Below, piece after piece: positions 24,966 to 37,492 of a DNA stretch of 64,000 nt (position 1 is its first letter; each line of letters starts with the position of its first letter). A program made the translations under genes and the position numbers. Location: NCBI GenBank assembly GCA_010909165.1, contig MU008150.1:434001-498000 (forward strand), given 5' to 3'. The notes beneath the pieces are model-generated. The model was not told the origin of the DNA. It ran no database searches and saw nothing but the letters and a program-made list of their open reading frames with translations. The stretch is from Anthoceros angustus. Its lineage: Eukaryota > Plantae > Anthocerotophyta.

Positions 24966-25655
24966 GAGTAACTTAATGTGGCATTTATGCGCAAAGTTGG
25001 TTTCCCCGTGACAAATCAAAGCCTGAAGTAGATAATTCTTGCAAGAGAACCAACAATATAGTTGTCGTACAAGGTAAGCACTTGCATTCATATGAGCACT
25101 TCCTTGGCAGACAACCAAGCTAAACAAATCTAATATGCAAATATGGGTACAAAACAATAACAAAAAGAAAGAGTAGATCACACGTCGTGGCACAAACACA
25201 CTCTCCCCACGAGAACAACGCGCAAATTTCTCACACATCGCTCTCGGAGTCATAGCTTTGGCCTCCTCACAATACTCTTGTATTGCAAATCTAAAGAACA
25301 AGCTGTGATCTGAGCTTGTCCTCTGTGAAAGAATCTATATATACTAGCCATTGGCATATCTATATTTCTAAAATATCTAACATATTTCTAAAATGTCCTA
25401 TTAGCATCAATATATGTCAGAAATATCCTAAGAATACATTATAATATGCTATCAATATGCTAAAGTATATTACTTGTGCTTATCCACTTAACTATTTGTA
25501 ACTGTATTTAACTAACACTAGTAAACACTAAATTAACACAAGCACTTTAGAATGATTAATACTAATTAATTACTTAAAGATAAGTAATTAGATTAATTAA
25601 TACTAATCAAACACTAAACCCAAGCGCTCAGATTAGTGTCACATGACATAACATA

Positions 25656-26109
25656 GTCGAGAGCAATGTAGCACTCAAGAAGGGTGATTTTCGGGTAGTA
25701 CATCCAATCTGTTGGTAGCAGCTAGCCATGCTTTTGACATACTAACTTAGCTTGGCATTTTGCGTGGAGGTGCAAGTTCACGTTGAAGACCGCTAGGGCT
25801 AGGCTATTGTAGAATGTAAGGTTTATGTCAGCTTTTTTCGTGCTATTGTAGAATATAAGGTTTCTGTCAGCTTTTCTCACACTATTGTAGAATGTAAAGT
25901 TCTTGTCAACTTTTCTCACACTGTTGTAGAATGTAAGGTTCCTGTCAGCTTTTCTCGCCAAGACCGCAAGAATACAACGCCCAAGAAGGGTACGCAATAA
26001 TCTCACTGTTGTGTTTTTATGCCAACTTTGCTCGTTAATATCTTAAGTATTGATAAAGGGTTGTTGTCCTGACAAAATTGTTTAAGTCCCAAGGCCCATG
26101 GAAAGATTG
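25656..26109 (+). pseudogene. Intron-containing fragment copied from the mitochondrial S18-type gene at 53984-54312, inverted
   Basis: Colinear nucleotide match across exon tail, intron, exon (NVRFLSAFLAKTARIQRPRR), intron and exon head. The last acceptor AG is changed to AA. Confidence 0.92.
25804..25959. repeat. 4 x 39-bp minisatellite
   Basis: CT(A/G)TTGTAGAAT(G/A)TAA(G/A)GTT..TGTCA(G/A)CTTTT.TC... at 25804, 25843, 25882 and 25921. Confidence 0.95.
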
Positions 26110-26715
26110 ATCATTTTACAGTCATATTTAAATTGGTGAGGTTGTACTTTCTACTTCATTTGCCTACAACTGAAGTACCAACGTCATGATTTCCGGCATG
26201 ATTTCCCCACAACAATATTCTGGGCTTGCTTACCTAGGGAAATAGTTTGGAATGATTGTGATCAACTTGAGGTTTGGCATGATCAAAAATATCTTTTCAA
26301 ATGCCACTGAGTTTTTAGTCATAGCATCTCATGAGATGTTGCTGATCATAGCAATGTTGAAATCCTAGCTTGTGTGAGTATTAGCTTTTTTTTGAAGCAC
26401 ATAAGAGCATCACAAGATAGGAGACAAGAAAAACCGCTTTATTACTTTAATATGAATCATGAATATTGCATAAATATTATACTAATTCTCACTTAGTTTA
26501 TCATATATATGTATATGTACATAGATGACATACTTTTTGGTTATAGAGATTCATAGATGACTTTTCTTATGTACAATGTTAAACTTAACTGACGGTTTTA
26601 TCGACCGCACTGCTGGGGAGTTCGCGCCTAGGTATATGATCGAGCAAATACGTAGTCCAGCTAAAAATTGCCTTCGTCGCCGTCTGCAATCTGCTCCATC
26701 CCAGACGTCGGCGCC

Positions 26716-27156
26716 ATGACTACTCGCTTGAAGAAGAATCGCAAGAAGCGCGGACACGTCTCGGCGGGGCACGGGCGTGTCGGCAAGCACCGCAAGCATC
26801 CTGGAGGGCGGGGTAACGCTGGTGGCATGCACCACCACCGGATTCTCTTCGACAAGTACCATCCTGGATACTTCGGCAAGGTCGGCATGCGGTACTTCCA
26901 CAAGACCAAGAATCAGTTCCACAACCCCATTGTGAACGTGGACAAGCTGTGGTCCCTGGTGCCGGAGGCGGTGAAGGAGCAGGCCAATGGCGCCACCGCT
27001 GCCCCTCTCTTGGACGTGACGCAGCACGGCTTCTTCAAGGTGCTAGGGAAGGGCGATTTGCCCTCGCAACCCGTGGTGGTCAAGGCCAAGTTCTTTTCCA
27101 AGCTTGCGGAGAAGAAGATCAAGGCTGCTGGAGGCGCGGTGGTTCTTACGGCGTGA
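26716..27156 (+). CDS. RPL27A: 60S ribosomal protein L27a (uL15), intronless CDS
   Basis: [42 protein letters not shown]...GGAVVLTA, 146 aa. Confidence 0.98.
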   Translation: MTTRLKKNRKKRGHVSAGHGRVGKHRKHPGGRGNAGGMHHHRILFDKYHPGYFGKVGMRYFHKTKNQFHNPIVNVDKLWSLVPEAVKEQANGATAAPLLDVTQHGFFKVLGKGDLPSQPVVVKAKFFSKLAEKKIKAAGGAVVLTA

Positions 27157-27594
27157 GGTTTTTGCTGTGATCTTTTGCAGAGTGGCGGCGGAGCTGATAG
27201 GGTTTGAGCTCTTTTTGGCTGGAACAGATTGTCTGATGCTTCCAGGTGCTCGGTGTAGCTTTGGTTATATGTTATGTATTTTGATACAAAGTTCTTCGCT
27301 CCTGGGAAGCCAGATTTGTTGGCCATTGCATTCGGCTGCACAATCGCAGCCTGGCTTGGCCTTGTCCCGCCTTCCGAACGCTTGTGAGCTGGAATTAGGG
27401 TTTGAATACCCCCGCCAAGTTTTGCTACATCAGCAGATGTCTAGTGATCGTGCGGCTTTGCAGATTCGTTTTTGAACCTCTCAGTTCAGCATTCCTGAGG
27501 AAGTGAAAGCCGGATGGCTTTATTTGATGAGCCAACTACACACCATGATGACATCAACTTCAAGCCTTAATCCGCGTGAACCAGGGAGCAATAG

Positions 27595-28360
27595 TTAAGA
27601 GACTTTGTCCATCTGCTGAATTGGAGTCAGGATGTTGGTCTTGTTCGTCTCTACGATACAACCGTTCATCACCATCTCTTCGAGCATGAAATGTGCCTTC
27701 TCCAGATGATACATGATGTCGAGCTCGCACTGCACACAGTCATAATATGAGATACCGTCTTTCATACTTGGGGGCTAAGGCCGGACAAATTACGGTGGCA
27801 CCCGGCCAGAAAATGCAGAAACCAGGTCTACTTACCACGTTGCCGAAGTATCGGTCCATCGTTTCCACAACACAATGTATGAATTCCAGGATAGCCAATT
27901 CGTTCTGCACATTTCACAGCAGCGATGGTGAAACAATCTGCCAACTGCACTGTGAATCGAGAAATTCAAGAAGCGGGTCTGGCTCACCTCATCCCCATCT
28001 ACACCCACTAGGAAGAAAAGAGACGCGTATCTTCTGTAGATGATCTTGTAGCTCCGGTGCTCCACAAAGGAACACTATACGTTTCAATCGCCTGGTGTCA
28101 GATCACAGCTAGATCCCGCCTCGGAACAGCACAAGACATATGGAATAGCTACATCCAGCTATAACTCCAATCATCCAAGCAGCACGCATGCAGCCAGACA
28201 GCTTCGTCAGCACGTTCACCTGATTGTCAGATCTCGCCAAGCATTTGCGCACAATCTCGCCTTCCAATGCGCGTCTCTCCTCCAATGTGAGATGCTCGTA
28301 GTACTGTGCCAGCCTGGTCTGCCCTGCTTTGTTCACGAGCAGCACAAACCGAATTGCCAT
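27595..28360 (-). CDS. AP4S1: AP-4 adaptor complex sigma subunit, 4 exons
   Basis: Spliced [22 protein letters not shown]...YRRYASLFF...[10 protein letters not shown]...[28 protein letters not shown]. Exons ~28360-28220, 28073-27987, 27905-27837 and 27731-27595. Confidence 0.95.
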
Positions 28361-29106
28361 GTCTCTATCTTCTGTCAGCAGATTTCTGCAGCATGCGAAT
28401 CTCGCTGGGAACTTCGACCTCGAAAGGCGGCCTCTCGGTGTCTCATCCCCGGTGACGGAGTCCTTCTCAAATCCTTTCAACAAGACAATTTCGGTTCTTC
28501 TTACGTGCCCTGTGCTCAGTCATCAAACCTGGCTTCGCAAATCCGTCGCAGCAAAAACCCTACACACCGGTTTAGCCCTAAAGGAAATTCAGGGGTTTAA
28601 GGTGGACGAGCTTCCGGGACTACAAAGCTTTGCAGTGCTGATGCGCGTGATTATCCGCTGAGCGCAAATCTGCGTTTTCGTTGAACTTATGCTTCATGTT
28701 GGTGAATGCTTCTGGAATCCTCCTGGTGGGCTGACGCTATCTCGTGCAGATTCATGCACTCACAAAGATTGGTGGGTTGCATGTTACATGAAAGTGAATG
28801 CTGTGGCGGTGATTCCTTGTTCAGACTTCAAAGCTACCTACCACTGATATTGTCTTGAGGGCCCTGGTTTGGGAGTCCGGAAAACAGTGGGCATGCCCAT
28901 TGGACCTGCAGATGAATCGAGCTGTCCATGTGATGGATTGGTGGGCTTGTTAGGCTTTCATTGATACAACTCGAAGGTATACATCAGTGCCTGCCGGGTG
29001 TTTTCCTTCATTTGTGGTGTAGGTGTAGTATGGCTAAGCAGGTAAAGGCAGGAATTGCACGTCTTATTAGGTATTTGGCAGGTAATTTTTCAGATCAGGG
29101 AGCAGT

Positions 29107-32100
29107 ATGGTCGACCATGATGACGCTCGCAAGGTGGCATTGCAAGCTCTGGAAAATCTTGTTCAAGTGCGGAAACAGGAAGTTGTGGATATTGAGAATA
29201 AGCTAGCTCGTCTTGAAGCTCACCTTGCTGCATTGTTGGAGTCCTTCTCCGTACCGGTATTTCCTGAAGGTAGGTTTTTATGCAGGTGACCACACAGGAT
29301 ATTGGAAGCTGAGGATCTTCTTGAAGTCAATTGTAGAGATAGATGTGAACTGCCTCGTTTGACTGGTTTGATACTACGGGGGAGTGGGAGCATGTCTGAA
29401 CTTATTCCTTGTGTTCCAGGTTTGGAACGGGATGATGTAAATCCTGTGGAGAAGAGCTGTAGAGGTGAAGTGGCACTCATCACAAGAGGGAGCAGTGACG
29501 TTGCCCCAAGCCTGACGCTGGGGTATCTTGTGGCACAGAATGAGTCACCTACAAGAAACTTGTGCGATGTGACTCGAGGTGTGAAAGTTGATGGCCAACG
29601 ATCAGTCAGCTGAGAGATTGCCGTTAACATTCCGCGTCTGTCCATGATGACATGAATGTCTTAGACTATCCATTGCTTGACTCATGGTGCTTCCGTCTCC
29701 AGGCTTTGAGGCTGCTAGTGCAAGCCCTCGTCAGAACAGTCCTAGAGATGAAGTGGCAGATTTTCTCGGACGAGACTGCAATGAAGGTGACGATCATTTG
29801 ACAGAGGGGGATCATATTGCACAGAACAGATCACCGATGAAGAGGCTGCTTGATGTTGAAACAGGTGTGGAGCAAATTGTCAGTAAGCTCAGAGACAGCT
29901 CTGTCTCCTTTCTGACGAGTTCTTTCAAGTATTTCAGTTGTTGCAAAAGAAGGCAGTTTAGAGGTTGGTTTTAGAACCCTGAAATTTGTGCAGGGATTGG
30001 GAATACAAATGTGGGAGAGCACCTGTTGGAAGTCGTGCCCGGGGAATCTTTGGATGACCAAGAATCACCCTATGAAGCCCTTTTTGATAGGTCCATTCTG
30101 AGTATACAGAAGTTTGGTGAATCTTTTGATCCAGTCAACGTTTGTCATCGGACTGAGTTGAAACCAGAGAGGTCAACTCCACCCCTTTATTTCGATGATC
30201 TTGAGCACTACACGAAGTTCTTTCAGTGTCTTATCTTTGAGGAGGCGATGGCTATAATTGACAAGTTATGTAAAAAGCTACCAGATGTACCACTGACAGG
30301 TTGAAAATATGTCTCCTGCGAAATGTCTTGGTGCAGCATGCATGTTGCTGTTGGTTTCTGGGTTACATTCAGATCTCTCATCTTTACGTCTTCTTTTGTT
30401 CAAAATGGCTGGGTCCAGATGAATGTTGTCAACCCGGCGTAAGCAGCTCCCAGGAGTATTCTGTCTGGAACATTCAAGACAGTTTTCACACTGGGAATAT
30501 TCAACCTGGCTTCCAGTTTTGCGATCTTCGTGTTTATCCTTCAAAACCACCTGAGGGCTCTTCTCAGCATTTTTCATGTGATCGCCTTACTTGGTTTCAA
30601 AAGGGTGACATTATAATGGTTCTGCTTCCCTCCTCAAAGGAGATCCAGGGGCTTGCCATTGTAGGTGAAGTAAACAAGGAAGAGATGAAGCTGAGGACAC
30701 GCTTTGCCTGGAATTCATCAGTTAACCAGGTTCTAACTCCTTGTCTTGGAGTTTGAGATGTGTTCAATAGACGGATAGCTTGTGTGAAAAGTGCTGGTGC
30801 GTTTATGCATTGGAGTGTACTGGCCTCGTCACAAGAATGACCTGCAAGGTCATTCCTTAGAGTAAATGCCTTGTTGGTTCAAAGTCTGTTCCTAGTTTGA
30901 CGCTTGAACCATGTCTTTGCACCCTTACTTCATGCTGACTTTCATCTGTGTTCTGCCAGGAATGTGCCGTGGTGAAGATGCCCCATTTGACTGAGTTACG
31001 GCAGATGCTTATGGCCTTACCTAGAGCTTTGTTGATATACCAACCTTTGCTCCAGCAGCTTATCAAACCAAGAGTGACTGGTAACAAATGGATAATCTCA
31101 CATCCAGCACCTTCTGGCAACAGGGGCTTATTCAAGGGTACTGACTCTTTGGATGAGTTGGTACACGCTGAAAGTCCATTCCTCTCATCATGGGTATCAG
31201 CAAAACTATTAGATGACTCGCAGCTTGGGGCAGTCATGGCGCTTCTGAAGATGCATCAAGGCTTTCTGCTAGTTCAAGGTCCAGCCAGATCTGTCCACTC
31301 GTCATGTTGGACAGTCTTCGTCTTTGCTTCTTTTGATTACATGAATGACATCAAAGGACAGATATCTAATGGGTAATGTGTTGCATCAGGTGGACCAGGA
31401 ACTGGAAAGGTAGTTATCCCTTCACATGCTCTCCATGGTGCTGCACAATGTTGTTGGTAGATTCTGTGATATGAACATAGGATGTGGTCGATTCCACTTG
31501 TGGTGGCTGAAGGTTGTTCCTCCCATATACATACACTGACTTGTATGAATCCTTTTGTCTGCATGTCGCATTCAGACAACCACCATAATTGGTGAGTCCT
31601 GTGTTTCCTTATTTGAGATGGTTTAACCATGTTATGTGATGGGGCCTGATTATGTATCACTTGCACACATTTTCTGCAGGTATGGTTTCAGCTCTTTTGA
31701 TCCACCAGCCAAAGTAAGCGTATAGTCCTACTAATTAGATATTGAAAGCACGGTCCAGCTGGCATTCTAACAGTTTTGTGCTGGGAGCTGCTGTTTCACA
31801 CTGCTAGGATTAGGGTCCTGGTCTGTACACCATCAACTGCAGCAGTAAATCACATCCACCTGAGTCTGATGGATGGGATGCTTGACAAAGATGGGAGGCC
31901 TCTGTCTCTCACATCAGTGGCCTCTCATCAGCTTATATTCAGAAGCGGAGATATTCGACATGGAACAGGGCCAGTTGCTCAAGAAAGGGCTTCTGTTGTG
32001 TGCGCTACATTGGTTGAATGCGGTGGCATACAAGCAGTGAATCAGTTTGATGTGGCTATCATCGGTACGAGCTGTGCTTTCCTAGCATTGGACAATTGAA

Positions 32101-35100
32101 TGTACAAGTACTCTGTTTCGCTGATGTCTGATTTTGTTGCCTCATCCAGATGAAGCTGCCCAGGTATTGTTGCCCCTCCAATTGTCGCTGAATTTATAAC
32201 TTCCTATCATGAGTTGAACGTGTGAAACAGCTGGGCTGAGCAGCTTGGTTGCTCTGAAGGCTTTGGAATGTGAGGCGATCATGGCCCTGTTCACAGGGGC
32301 GAAACGCTGTGTCCTCGTTGGTGACCCTCGGCAGCTGGCTCCAAAAATTCATCAAGAACCTGGTGAGGACATGTCCAGCCAAATGGTGCTTTGTATCTCA
32401 ATTTGCCCTCCTGGTGCCGAAGCTTTCTTTTGTAGTCTATCTGTGCTCTTTCATGCAAAATTTGAAGTGATCTTATGCAAATTTTCTCCTTGCAGGTGCA
32501 GGCTTTGCCCGAAGCTTATTGGAGCGGTTGCAAGATGCTGGGATGGCTGTTCACTTGTTAACGACACAATATCGCATGCATCCAAACATAGCATACTTTC
32601 CTTCCCGCCAATTCTATGGGAATTGCCTTCGTAATGGTAGGCTACCTGTTGAAGCTATCTTCACGCCAGAGGCCCAAGATCTTGGTACTTGGTCACGAGG
32701 ATTCAGGATAAGGCCAAGAGACTATTGCTTCCTCGATGTCAAGTCTACAGACAATTCTGTGGAGCATGAGACCAGGGAGGCATACTTTGTCCCTGCAATC
32801 GTTGAAGGGCTGCTGCGAAGTTTGAAGCCAGGAACGAGACCAAATGTCGGAGTGATTACGTCATCCTCAGAGGATATACCACCTATTAGCATTGAGCTGC
32901 AGAAGTTTGGTGTATCAGAGGCAGAATGTGAAGTTAATACTGTTGATGGCTTCCAGGGGAGGGAGAAGGACATCATTGTGCTGTCTTGTTTGAAACCTCA
33001 GGAGGTTGGTAGCTATTTCAGTGATGACAGGATGCTGGCTGTAGCCCTGACCAGAGCGAGGCACTCTCTAATCATAGTGGGTGATTCAACTCTGCTTCGA
33101 TGTATGAGCTGGTCTTGGGAAGCTCTTGTAGAGGATGCCGAAAAGCGCCAGGTTCTTTGCCAGTATCTGAAAGCCTTGCCCATAGATAAGAGGGAGAAAA
33201 CTTGCAGTAAGGAGAGATGCAACGAGATAGGCAAGGGGCTGTACATGGGGACTGGTTATAACTGGGAAAGGATGGTTAGGACAGGGCAGGAGGCTCCTGT
33301 AAGCAGAATGGCACTAGGAGACAAGGAGGGCGAGACATCCAAAGAGGCTGGGCAGAAGAAGTTGGCATCCAACAGTGCTGCAGGACACGAACTGAGAGGT
33401 CCTACACTCACCAGTCAAAACGTCGACCACTTTGGGGAACATGTTGATTTCGGTCAAACAGCAAAGGTCAAGAGATCAAATACCTATGAGACGCATGCGA
33501 GAAAAGTTGAGGATCCAGAGCCAGAAATCAGGACACTGGGGGGCCAGGAGATGAAAGCAATGGAGCAGGACAAGGAGCACAAGCATGCTGCATCAGGCAA
33601 AGTTGGCGTGAGTGGCCACCCAAAGGAGTACATACAGGAGGAGCAGAACTCTAGGATGCCACAAGTCAGCAGAGAAAAAGCTGAGAAAGAAGCAAGTATG
33701 GGGGTGGGGAAGATGCATGCCGAGGGCGAGGTACAGGAGGAGGGTGGTAATTTCAGTGTCACTGGAATGACACAAAGTGGTAGACTTGCAAGGAACAGTC
33801 TAGCGGAGGGGGAAGCCCCAAGCAAGCAACACAGGTTCAGGGGAAAGAGGTTCAGGACGTGGGAAGATTCCGGGGCGGATATTAGCTACAAGAGAGAGAG
33901 GAAGCTGGAAGAAGAGATACCAACAACGAAGAAGCACAAGGGCAACGAAAGGGAAGGAAAGGCAAAGGTGAAAGCCCACAGGGAAGAGCAAGAAGCTAAG
34001 AAGAAGCAGGAAAAAGGGAAGCATTCAGAAAGGAAGTCCGAGAAGGGTGAGGGACAGCCAAGGGTTCAAAAGAGAAGAAATCAACACGATGGTCAGGGGA
34101 GAGGTCCTGAAGGTGAAATTGTGAGCAAGGAGGTCAAGGCTGAGACGAAGCTTAGGAATGGTAAGGAGGACAAGGTTGGGAAGACACGTAGGAAAGGTAA
34201 GGAACTCCAGGTTGAGAGGAAGCTTAGAAGAGTTGAGGAGGACAAGGTCGAGGAGACGCCTAGAAAGGGTAAGGAAGACCAGGGTGAGAAGATTCGAAGA
34301 GAAGTTAAAGAGGACAATGTTGAGGAGACGCCTAGAAAAGGCAAGGAAGACCAGGGTGAGAAGAAGTTAAGAGAAGTCAAGGAGGACAAGGTTGAGAAGA
34401 AGCTTAGGAAAAAAGGTAAGGAGGACAAGTTTGAGGAGACGCCCAGAAAAGGCAAGGAAGGCCAGGGTGAGAAGAAGCTAAGAGAAGTTAAGGAGGACAA
34501 GGTTGAGAGGAAGCTTAGAAAGAAAGGTAAGGAGGATAAGTTTGAGGAGACGCCTAGAAAAGGCAAGGAAGGCCAGGGTGAGAAGAAGCTAAGAGAAGTT
34601 AAGGAGGACAAGGTTGAGAGGAAGCTTAGAAAGAAAGGTAAGGAGGATAAGTTTGAAGAGACGCCTAGAAAAGGTCAGGAAGACCAGGGTGAGAAGAATC
34701 TAAGAGAAGTTAAGGAGGATAAGGTTGAGAAGACGCTTAGGAAAAAAGGTAAGGAGGACAAGTTTGAGGAGACGGCCAGAAAAGGTGAGGAAGACCAGGG
34801 TGAGAAGAAGCTCAAAGAAGTTAAGGAGGACAAGGTTGAGAAGAAGCTTAGGAAAAAAGGTAGTGAGGATAAGTTTGAGGAGACGCCTAGAAAAGGTAAG
34901 AAAGACCAGGGTGAGAGGAAGCTAAGAGAAGTTAAGGAGGATAAGGTTGAGAAGAAGCTTAGAAAAAAAGGTAAGGAGGACAATGATGAGCAGACGCGTA
35001 GGAATGGTAAGGAGGACAAGGTTGAGAAGATGCGTAGGAAATGTAAGGAACACCAGGTTGAGATGACGCCTATAAAAGGTAAGGAAGACCAGGGTGAGAA

Positions 35101-36004
35101 GAAGCTTAGAGAAGTTAAAGAGGACAAGGTCGCGAAGAAGGTTGAAAAAGGTATGGAGGACAAGGTTGAGAAGATGCTCCGAAAAGGTACGGAAGATCAG
35201 GTTGACAGGAAGTTAGGAAAGCTTAAGGAGGACAAGGTTGAGAAGAAGCTGAGGAAAGGTATGGAGGACAAGGTTGAGAAGACGCGTAGAAAAGGTAAGG
35301 AAGACCAGGTTGAAAAGAAGCTTAGAAATGGTGAGCAGGACAAGCTTGAAAAGAAGGTTGGTAAAGGTGAATCAAAGGAGCAACAGAAGGAGGACAAGAA
35401 AATGAGATCCAATGCAGTTCAGAAACTGGAAGTTAGAAAGAAGCAACTGACAAGGATGAAGAAACAGGAGAAGCAAGATGACAAGGGAAAAACAGTGCGA
35501 AACAGCTCTCAGATGAGAAGAAAACAGGAGAAGGACATCGACAGGAAAGGGGACTCGCAGAATGGAGAGCAGAGGGTCAAAAACAAGCATAACCATGATG
35601 TAATGGTCGCAGACATCAGTTTGGGAAAGAGGAAGATTGCACCTGCAGCTGCAATAGCTGACGGAGAGAGGAAGCCCAAAAGGCAGAAGATCGGGCCCAG
35701 GTCCATCAGCAGAGGAAATTACGGTGCTGGACTTGCTGAAGAAATGGCAGAATTCGAAGGTGAAAAGGCAGAGGAAAATGGGAGAAAAGTTGCTGCGCAG
35801 GGAAAGAAGGGGGCCAAACTAGGTGGTGCAGATCCTGTTAAGCGTCAACATAACAGAAAGACAGTAAAATCAGATAGTGCTGTCGAACAGAGCTCGAGCC
35901 AAGTGGGTAAAAACGTGAAAGCGGGATCTAATGTGCGAGGTGCAAAAAAGAGTTCCTTCAAATGGTCCAAGAAAAAACAGGGTGAAAGCCCAGGCGTTGT
36001 GTAA
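29107..36004 (+). CDS. SF1 helicase, Sen1/MAA3/Upf1-like, with microexons and a long K/E-rich repetitive C-terminus
   Basis: YTKFFQCLIFEE, QGGPGTGKTTTII, RVLVCTPS, FDVAIIDEAAQ, VLVGDPRQL, QYRMHP, TVDGFQGREKD, VALTRAR. Terminal ORF 32519-36004. The 5' exon structure is uncertain. Confidence 0.88.
34150..35370 (+). repeat. Coding higher-order repeat: 36-bp monomers grouped into 72-bp and 111-bp units
   Basis: KEDKFEETPRKG / KEGQGEKKLREV / KEDKVERKLRKKG trimers recur about 6 times, with degenerate 12-aa monomers on both sides. Confidence 0.95.
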
Positions 36005-36639
36005 GTTGTTTCTAACAACGAGGGGTGGACAGGAGTGAAAGTGAGGAAGTTTGGGATGAAGAAGCACCAGAGGCCTTGAGGTTAGAAATTGCCAAACAAG
36101 GCTGCTGCTGCAGCACTTTGGCGGAGTCTCAGCTTGGCGTAAGCCAGCAAATTTTTAACGACAGCCCATGGCTGTCACATTCACTTCCATGAAAATCTCT
36201 TTAAACGTGCAACACGCTGAATACGCGTCGCCACGTTAGGTCGACCGAAGACGGCCACGCCACGGCACGCGCACGTGGTACTGCAGACATGGTTCAGCAA
36301 ACCCCACCATAGCTGTGCGAGTGCGGTCGTCGATAACCCGGGCAACACTCCGGTGAGCGCTGGGGCCCGGTAACGTTCCCCGGGTACCGTGGAAGTTTGT
36401 TTCTTCGCGCATTGCATATGCGCCGACCCCTTCCGGCGTCTGCTCGTCTGTGATTTCGTGATTCTGAGAAGCTCCCTCCGGGCGGCGATTGCAGCTCGCT
36501 GTGGACTCGGTGAGGAAGCGGAGAGTCTGACTGCGGCTGGAAAAGGAATTTTCGGCTCGTCAGCTTGGACTGGTGGAGTGGAGAACATTTGCAGCAGCGT
36601 TCTTGTGCTGTTCCTTTGCGGAGCTCGATTCATCCAGGC

Positions 36640-37492
36640 ATGGCAGCTGTGGAAGGAAGCTCGCGGGCTATGCTAGTCGCAAGCGCCTCGGCTCCTGCAA
36701 GGGCTAGCTCCTCGTCGGCCTCCGTGGTGCTGCACATGCCATCCTCGGGTTTCCGGACTTCCAGACTTGCGCGTTGCGTTTCAGTCTCGGGACCGAGGAC
36801 GCAACGATTGAGGAGGGATCTGAGGGCGTCTGCAGATGCAGGTATGGGATCTGCAGCTGCTGGCTTGTTCTGGTTTGGTCTGCTTAGGTAGGGTTTGTGA
36901 GGAAGACGGGATTTTTGTGCATGGTGTACTATGCTCAGGGGATTTTTTTGCACACACTGATTGATGGCTTTTTTTGTTTGCAGCCACTAGTGTACCGGGA
37001 GCTGTTGCTCCGGCCATCACGTTGTCAGATAAAGCTTTGGCTCATCTAAGTAAAATGAGGGCGGATCAAAACAAAGATCTGCTGCTCAGAGTGGGAGTTA
37101 GACAAGGAGGCTGTTCAGGGATGTCATATGTTATGGACTTTGAGGAAAGGTCGAAGCTCAGGCCAGATGACTCTATTATCGACTACGAGGGATTCTCAAT
37201 GGGTATGAGTTGCTGGTTTCGATTTTTGTGCCCTAATTCCACCCTTCCGATTGCATGTACCACGTACACGGCCTCCTTGTCTCCCTTGCGTCACGCACAG
37301 TGAAGTGCTTGCGAAAAGACGTGTGCATAACCTTTCATGGTTTGTGGTCGTGCAGTTTGTGATCCAAAGAGCCTTCTTTTCCTCTTCGGAATGCGACTGG
37401 ACTACAGTGATGCCTTGATAGGAGGTGGTTTCTCTTTCAGCAACCCCAACGCCACATCAACCTGCGGCTGCGGCAAATCCTTCGCAGCTTGA
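36640..37492 (+). CDS. ISCA: Plastid Fe-S assembly A-type carrier (IscA/SufA-like), 3 exons
   Basis: Ser/Ala/Arg-rich transit peptide, [57 protein letters not shown]. Confidence 0.95.

Noticed and set aside
25804-25959. Possible CRISPR-like arrays here and at 16596, 44166 and 46240
   Set aside because: Units are contiguous without unique spacers, there are no cas genes, and the context is eukaryotic.
25722-26006. Minus-strand ORF with 13-aa repeats (RKADRNLTFYNSV)
   Set aside because: It is the antisense reading of the 39-bp minisatellite derived from the S18-type gene fragment.
34093-35412. Minus-strand Ser/Leu/Phe-rich ORFs
   Set aside because: Shadows of the Lys/Glu repeat on the opposite strand.
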